DNA of 61,718 bases. Source: a virus. Lineage: Duplodnaviria > Caudoviricetes. Location of the stretch: positions 1 through 61,718 of the IMG/VR virus record IMGVR_UViG_3300021180_000012; one strand, 5' to 3'. The position numbers and the translations under genes were made by a program. Under the pieces are notes generated by a model. It was not told the DNA's origin. It did no database searches and saw only the letters and a list, made by a program, of their open reading frames with translations. This document shows positions 57,014-61,718 of the stretch, piece after piece (the stretch's first letter is position 1; each line of letters opens with the position of its first letter).

Positions 57014-58547
57014 CTCCTGTAGCTAACAAGTCAGCCTGTCGACGTTTGATATCATTAGCGATGTCAGTCGACAGACCCTTTATCTGATCCTCGCCCCATC
57101 CGCTCTCGCGCATGTAGGTCTCAAGTGGCATACCCGCAGCGACTGCGGCCTCAGCAGCTTGCCAGAACGACAGGTTAGCCATTTCAACCGTCAGCGGATC
57201 GCGGTCGCCAGCATCCGCGTAGACTGCGGTGAGCATTGCTTGTTCGTCAAGCGCCTCTCTCTGGAAAAGATTAGCAATCTCTATACACCGATGAACGACC
57301 TCAACCCAACACGGTGCGAACCGCTTCTGCCGAGACTTAGTTCGGTTGCGTATCGGGGTCTCGATCTTGTAGACGGCCTCGCCACTGGGCCAATTGCCAG
57401 TGATTGAGTGTAGCGGAGTGCCTGTGGCCCGACAGAAGCTCTCAACCTTCATTTTGTAGACGCCGATCAAGCTGTCAGTATTGCCAGGGGCTAACACCCC
57501 CCACTCCGCTGTCGGTTCCTCTGCATGGTAGAACACGCCGGGACCGGTCTTTGGTTTGACCGTCTTGTTGTTGATCTTTTGGAGCTTGTATCCTCGACCC
57601 CACGTACGCTGATAGCCCGTCATGCGAGCAGCAGCTTGAATATCGTACTGGATGTCGTTGATCTGATCCTGAGCGCCGATTAACCCGCCGTCGAGTATCG
57701 AGGAACCGTAGTTCTCAAACTCGTCAGACAGGTTGGGGAAATGGATGAACGGGATGTGCATTGGGTTGCCATCCATGTCCGTGTAAGGGATTGTCAGAGG
57801 CTCTGACCCTGGAGCCTGGGGGCCTGGTTCAAGGCCCTGTATCGGGTCGGTCGGTAACAAGAACGGAACCCACAGGTCGCTCCCGTTAGCTCCTGCATAA
57901 CGTTCAAGAGCGCCGTCATAGTAGACGACGCGACGTTTCCCGAATAGCGGGTCATCCCACTCCTTGACGGCGTACAGCATGTTACCGTAGGTGTCATACC
58001 CTATGAATACACCACGGTACCCGTCCCACCATTGCTCTCGATGGATGACAATCTTCTTGTTGTCGGGGTCCCAGTCGACCATCAGACAGTAATTACCGTC
58101 GCGGATGGAATTATGGTGGGTGCGCTGCTGTATGTCGTCCATCTTGATCCGCTGCCAGAAGTCATCGATCCACTTCTGCACGGTGTCATCCTCGCAGGTT
58201 ATCCGTTCAAGCTCCAACCTACCCGCGTGCTCTGTGAGCACCTGACCGCAAACGTTGTCGCAGTAATCGTTGCCGATGACGCCAGCTAGCATACCCTGTT
58301 GGTCTAGCGTCAAAGTCGTTTCCTGCCGACCCATTGCATAGTCTCTGAATAGTCGGATGTTCTTAAACGAAGCTACTGCTTCGCGACGATCGATTGATAT
58401 CTGCTCGTGGATATCCTTTACGCCTGATCGTAGCCGACTGAGCAGCCTGTCTCTGGCTGTGGGTTGGGAGCCTAGAGATGTCGGGGGCTGAGCGACTATT
58501 ACGCGTCGTCGAGCTTGAATACGACGGCTCCTTTGTGCGACTGCCAT
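56892..58547 (-). CDS. Portal protein (SPP1 gp6-like)
   Basis: Follows terL; IPFIHF.N, G.S.L, SGEA; GAAGGGAG RBS. Confidence 0.9.
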   Translation of the reverse strand: MAVAQRSRRIQARRRVIVAQPPTSLGSQPTARDRLLSRLRSGVKDIHEQISIDRREAVASFKNIRLFRDYAMGRQETTLTLDQQGMLAGVIGNDYCDNVCGQVLTEHAGRLELERITCEDDTVQKWIDDFWQRIKMDDIQQRTHHNSIRDGNYCLMVDWDPDNKKIVIHREQWWDGYRGVFIGYDTYGNMLYAVKEWDDPLFGKRRVVYYDGALERYAGANGSDLWVPFLLPTDPIQGLEPGPQAPGSEPLTIPYTDMDGNPMHIPFIHFPNLSDEFENYGSSILDGGLIGAQDQINDIQYDIQAAARMTGYQRTWGRGYKLQKINNKTVKPKTGPGVFYHAEEPTAEWGVLAPGNTDSLIGVYKMKVESFCRATGTPLHSITGNWPSGEAVYKIETPIRNRTKSRQKRFAPCWVEVVHRCIEIANLFQREALDEQAMLTAVYADAGDRDPLTVEMANLSFWQAAEAAVAAGMPLETYMRESGWGEDQIKGLSTDIANDIKRRQADLLATGGAGSGNQPTDTPTGPTDPQPRTPNPTKPSPAAVSKARKQG

Positions 58548-60249
58548 CTACATAAACTCCCTTCGGATAAGCGCCTAGCGGGATCGGTGACATTGCATCG
58601 ATACCGTAAGCCTCTGCGATCAATTGAGCTTCACTTTCGTACTCGGCATCGACCAGTGCCTGAGCAGCATCACTTTCTCCAGAGAAGCCCATAGTGTCTA
58701 TGTCCTGACCAGGTTCGGTTTCGATATCCAACGCAACCTCTGAGTATGCATCGCTAGACGCGTCTACCTGGTCTTTCTTGCCTGAGTTCGGGAATTGCCG
58801 TAGTTCTTCGAGGTACGGTGTGACCCAATCGTCGGGATCGTCAGGTCGCCCAATTACACCATCGAAAACGATCGACACGAGACCGGCATTCAGGTACTGG
58901 GAGTACGGATCTGCACGCTTCTCTTTATCGCCACTGACTAGCTTGATCTCGACATCATAGCCTTTGAGAAGCTTGCGGAAGGAAAGCGCCATGTCCTTGC
59001 CAGCCGCTGCCGGGTCCTGCGGAAGCCGGAACTTCAAGATATCGCGGTAGCGAAGCCAGTCTAGCTTTGCAGTAGCCTTGATCTGCTTGTTCCGTTCGTC
59101 CGTGTCCTCTCGGAAGCGTACAATGTTCAGGATATAGATGCGCTCATCCTCTCCTAGCCCCATCAACACTCCTACAGTGTAGTCGCCATCCTCAGACGAC
59201 GCGATGTCCCATGCACGGCAGATCTTGACAAGCTTTACAGGTAGCCGGGGAACGATATCTATACGACTGATCTTGAAGAAGGAGCCATCAACCTTTGAGG
59301 GCTTACCCTGGAACTGGCTATTCCAGATCGACAGGTTCTTCTTCTGTTCCTTGTAGTACCCAGGCTGTGCAGCAAGACGCGGCGACAGATACTGACCCTT
59401 ACTTCTTCCCAGAGGGTCAGGACCCCCTACCTCGGGTCGTTCGTCGCAGTCCCATTCAGCCCGATACGAAATCAGTTCCCACTTACCGCCGAACTGTACA
59501 AGGCCCTCTTCCTTTATTAGCTGTCCTGCGAAGTCCTCTTCGTTGTAGCGGTGGAACATGACAATGACGTTGGTGTTGGAGTTGATACGCACCTTTGCAC
59601 TACCAACCCAGAACCCCCAGGTACGTTCCCTGATAGCCTTTGACATCGCATCTTGCGGAGAGGCGTACGGGTCGTCGATGATTAGGTAGTCCGCACCTTG
59701 ACCGACAAACCCTGTTGCCATGCCTAGCGCTTTGAATGATGCCTGGGCGTCTCGCGCACCCGAGCGTATCTTTGTAGAGAACTCTTCATCACTGGCTCTC
59801 TTGGGGATGTACAGTTCGTCCTTATGGTCTGAGAACATGTTCAGGTAGGTACCCGACAACATGATCTCCTTGTTGACCTTACCGAACTTCGTGCTATGCT
59901 CGATGTTATACCCTGCGACCCTGACCCTTGCTCCCGGTTGGTTCGCCAACAGGTAGGCCGGTAATCTCTGGGAAACGATTATACTTCCTCCGTGCTGAGG
60001 TGGCTTGTGTATCATTATACGCTGACCCTTTTGATGGGTGAGCTTTTCAAGACGCTCGCACAGGTGGACTTGCCAGGGTTCGAGAATGATGTTGCTAGAG
60101 GTCTCAACGAATGAGCCTAGCGAAACACGATCGGAGATGCCATAGTTCTTGTTTACATGACCATCCCCGGTAAACTGCCTTTGGAGTTCGAGAATGGCCC
60201 CCTCATACAATGTATCCCCAGGCATGTATTCAGCCGTTGTGGAAACCAT
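58363..60249 (-). CDS. terL: Terminase large subunit
   Basis: PPQHGGS (variant Walker A), GQGADYLIIDDP, RAWDIA, DQVDA. Confidence 0.92.
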   Translation of the reverse strand: MVSTTAEYMPGDTLYEGAILELQRQFTGDGHVNKNYGISDRVSLGSFVETSSNIILEPWQVHLCERLEKLTHQKGQRIMIHKPPQHGGSIIVSQRLPAYLLANQPGARVRVAGYNIEHSTKFGKVNKEIMLSGTYLNMFSDHKDELYIPKRASDEEFSTKIRSGARDAQASFKALGMATGFVGQGADYLIIDDPYASPQDAMSKAIRERTWGFWVGSAKVRINSNTNVIVMFHRYNEEDFAGQLIKEEGLVQFGGKWELISYRAEWDCDERPEVGGPDPLGRSKGQYLSPRLAAQPGYYKEQKKNLSIWNSQFQGKPSKVDGSFFKISRIDIVPRLPVKLVKICRAWDIASSEDGDYTVGVLMGLGEDERIYILNIVRFREDTDERNKQIKATAKLDWLRYRDILKFRLPQDPAAAGKDMALSFRKLLKGYDVEIKLVSGDKEKRADPYSQYLNAGLVSIVFDGVIGRPDDPDDWVTPYLEELRQFPNSGKKDQVDASSDAYSEVALDIETEPGQDIDTMGFSGESDAAQALVDAEYESEAQLIAEAYGIDAMSPIPLGAYPKGVYVDGSRTKEPSYSSSTTRNSRSAPDISRLPTHSQRQAAQSATIRRKGYPRADINRSSRSSSFV

Positions 60250-60342
60250 TCTTCAACTCCAAAATAGAGACAGGCCGGGAGAGCGGAAGGGCTTCGCTCT
60301 CCACGGCTGTTTGTCGGGTAAAGGATCTCAAACCCCGACAGC

Positions 60343-60759
60343 TTAGGTCGGCTGTGTCTGACCCTGCGTACCCTGCAACGTCGGTGATGGCGTCGGCGGT
60401 GCCTGTGCTGCGGTCGGAGCCGCTGTAACCGGTGGCTTGACTGCCGCGAGCGAGGCGATCTTGGCCGCCGCCCATGCCATAAGGCCGTCGGAAAGCTTGC
60501 TCAGAACGCCGCCGAGCAGGTTCTTCAACATGGCCGTGACAAACGGGTTGCCGCCGTCGATCATGTTGATATAGGTTGTCAAGTGATCCTGCAACCAGGA
60601 CTGAACGGCTGCGACCGTCGGCGTTGCCTGGTTTGCGATGAACTTCTCAGCGGCTGTGGTGATTTCCTCCCACAACTTGTCCTGCCACTGTGATCCGAGA
60701 AGATCGGAGATCAACTGGTTCTCCCAGTGGTTAATCTTGATTGTTTTCAGCGGGTTCAT
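60343..60759 (-). CDS. Hypothetical protein
   Basis: AAAGGA RBS; high GC3. Confidence 0.75.
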   Translation of the reverse strand: MNPLKTIKINHWENQLISDLLGSQWQDKLWEEITTAAEKFIANQATPTVAAVQSWLQDHLTTYINMIDGGNPFVTAMLKNLLGGVLSKLSDGLMAWAAAKIASLAAVKPPVTAAPTAAQAPPTPSPTLQGTQGQTQPT

Positions 60760-60788
60760 AGCCCCTATGTCCTTTCTGCGTGTGTGAT

Positions 60789-60855
60789 GGGTGAACCGGA
60801 GGTTAGGAATGTGCTCAGATCGCTTTGATTAGCTTTTCTATTCCCCGGTTCACCC
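60789..60855. other. Long intergenic hairpin after terS
   Basis: GGGTGAACCGG / CCGGTTCACCC 11-bp perfect stem. Confidence 0.55.
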
Positions 60856-60872
60856 CGTAGGCCCACGAGAGC

Positions 60873-61718
60873 CTACATCTCAGCGTCTATCACGTCCGCA
60901 CCTTCCGGCACGGGCTGTAGATGGGCGCTGCTACGAGGTTGGCCGATCAGAGAGCCGAGCGCATGGTGGATGTCGCCCATGAAGTCTAAACGTATGGCGT
61001 CAGACACTGCGAGTACCTCTTCGCCGGTCGACTTGTCGATCAGCCGGTACCTTTTGTTTATCGCCGCCATCACTTTGACTATGCCCTCTTTGCACGCATG
61101 TCCGATAGAGGTTACGAGCGCGTAGACTTGCTCAGCCTTCATGAACTGTTTCAAATCCCTCTCTCGAAGGTGAACAGCAGTTGTTAGCCGTGAGCGATCC
61201 AACGCCAGCTTGCGGATCTCGTTGAATGTGTGCTTCTGACTGAGAGCACCACGGTAAGTGGTCACAATCTCTGTTAGGAACTCTTCATCTATCGACCCAC
61301 CATCCTCAAGCTTGTCGTTGAGTTCTGTGATAAGCCCTGCTAGCTTCTTCATTCCGTTTTCGGTAAGGCCGCAATCCAGTTCCTGCGTCAACTGCTTCTC
61401 ATAGAGGTCGAGGAGCTTGATCTCGTGTCTGTTGTCGAGCAAGTCAGGATCTTGACCGGCTAAGCGCATGTCGCCTTGCAGGTACTTCGGGAGAGCTTCG
61501 GAAGTTCGTAGGTGGGTAGCATTGTAGTGCATAATCCCTGACGGAGACTTACCACCGTGCTTCCTGCACCTACCGTTACTCATCGTCTGTGTAGCCATAC
61601 AACGTAGCTTGCTGCCAGGACGCTTCGAGTAACACACCGGCGTCCCTTTGTCGTTGTACCCGAAGATCCGCTTACCCTCGGGAGTTACGGCTATTACCTT
61701 GTCTCTTAATCTTGATGG
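60873..61718 (-). CDS. terS: Terminase small subunit (HGGxSTG-type N-terminus), continuing from ATG 185 across the junction
   Basis: C...NGRC..HGGKS motif; upstream of terL. Confidence 0.75.
   Translation of the reverse strand, partial: PSRLRDKVIAVTPEGKRIFGYNDKGTPVCYSKRPGSKLRCMATQTMSNGRCRKHGGKSPSGIMHYNATHLRTSEALPKYLQGDMRLAGQDPDLLDNRHEIKLLDLYEKQLTQELDCGLTENGMKKLAGLITELNDKLEDGGSIDEEFLTEIVTTYRGALSQKHTFNEIRKLALDRSRLTTAVHLRERDLKQFMKAEQVYALVTSIGHACKEGIVKVMAAINKRYRLIDKSTGEEVLAVSDAIRLDFMGDIHHALGSLIGQPRSSAHLQPVPEGADVIDAEM
61543..61718. repeat. Terminal direct repeat (circular assembly overlap), copy 2
   Basis: Matches 1-176 and lies within terS, so the genome is circularly closed. Confidence 0.95.

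Noticed and set aside
596-60428. Plus-strand ORFs in the track
   Set aside because: They are antisense shadows of well-supported minus-strand genes, without RBS or recognisable motifs
1-61718. Alternative genetic code or stop-codon reassignment
   Set aside because: Core genes are intact under code 11, and TAA, TAG and TGA all terminate tightly packed genes
1-61718. Temperate lifestyle (integrase, repressor, ParA, protelomerase)
   Set aside because: No such motifs were recognised, although a divergent gene among the hypotheticals cannot be excluded

Overview
The window is a complete, circularly assembled siphovirus-like phage genome of about 61.5 kb. It has a 176-bp end overlap inside terS, essentially all genes are on the minus strand, and no integrase or repressor is recognisable, so it is probably lytic. 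There are three modules. (i) An early/host-takeover-like block (about 2.4-8.0 kb) has near-consensus sigma70 promoters and novel small proteins, and is purged of GCNGC, CCWGG and GGNCC sites. (ii) A replication/recombination block (8.5-35.1 kb) encodes primase-helicase, PolA, a DUF669-like SSB, a Sak4-like AAA_24 ATPase, a PD-(D/E)XK nuclease, a family-4 UDG, a RuvC-like protein and an SNF2 helicase; it is bracketed by two homologous inverted-repeat elements. (iii) A late block runs endolysin, terS/terL, portal, head, tail with a -1 frameshift chaperone, tape measure, GTA-like tail tip and holin-like genes. The best candidate new system is a docking scheme: the replication enzymes share a basic beta-strand terminal tag (M-K-I-[RK]-[VLT]-[RK]), while the SSB carries five tandem acidic SH3/Tudor-like domains, suggesting a multivalent replisome scaffold. 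Also noted are three recurrent DNA motifs, an aberrant tRNA-like element abutting the terS RBS and an atypical PolA motif B. All counts and family calls were made by eye; no database searches were run.
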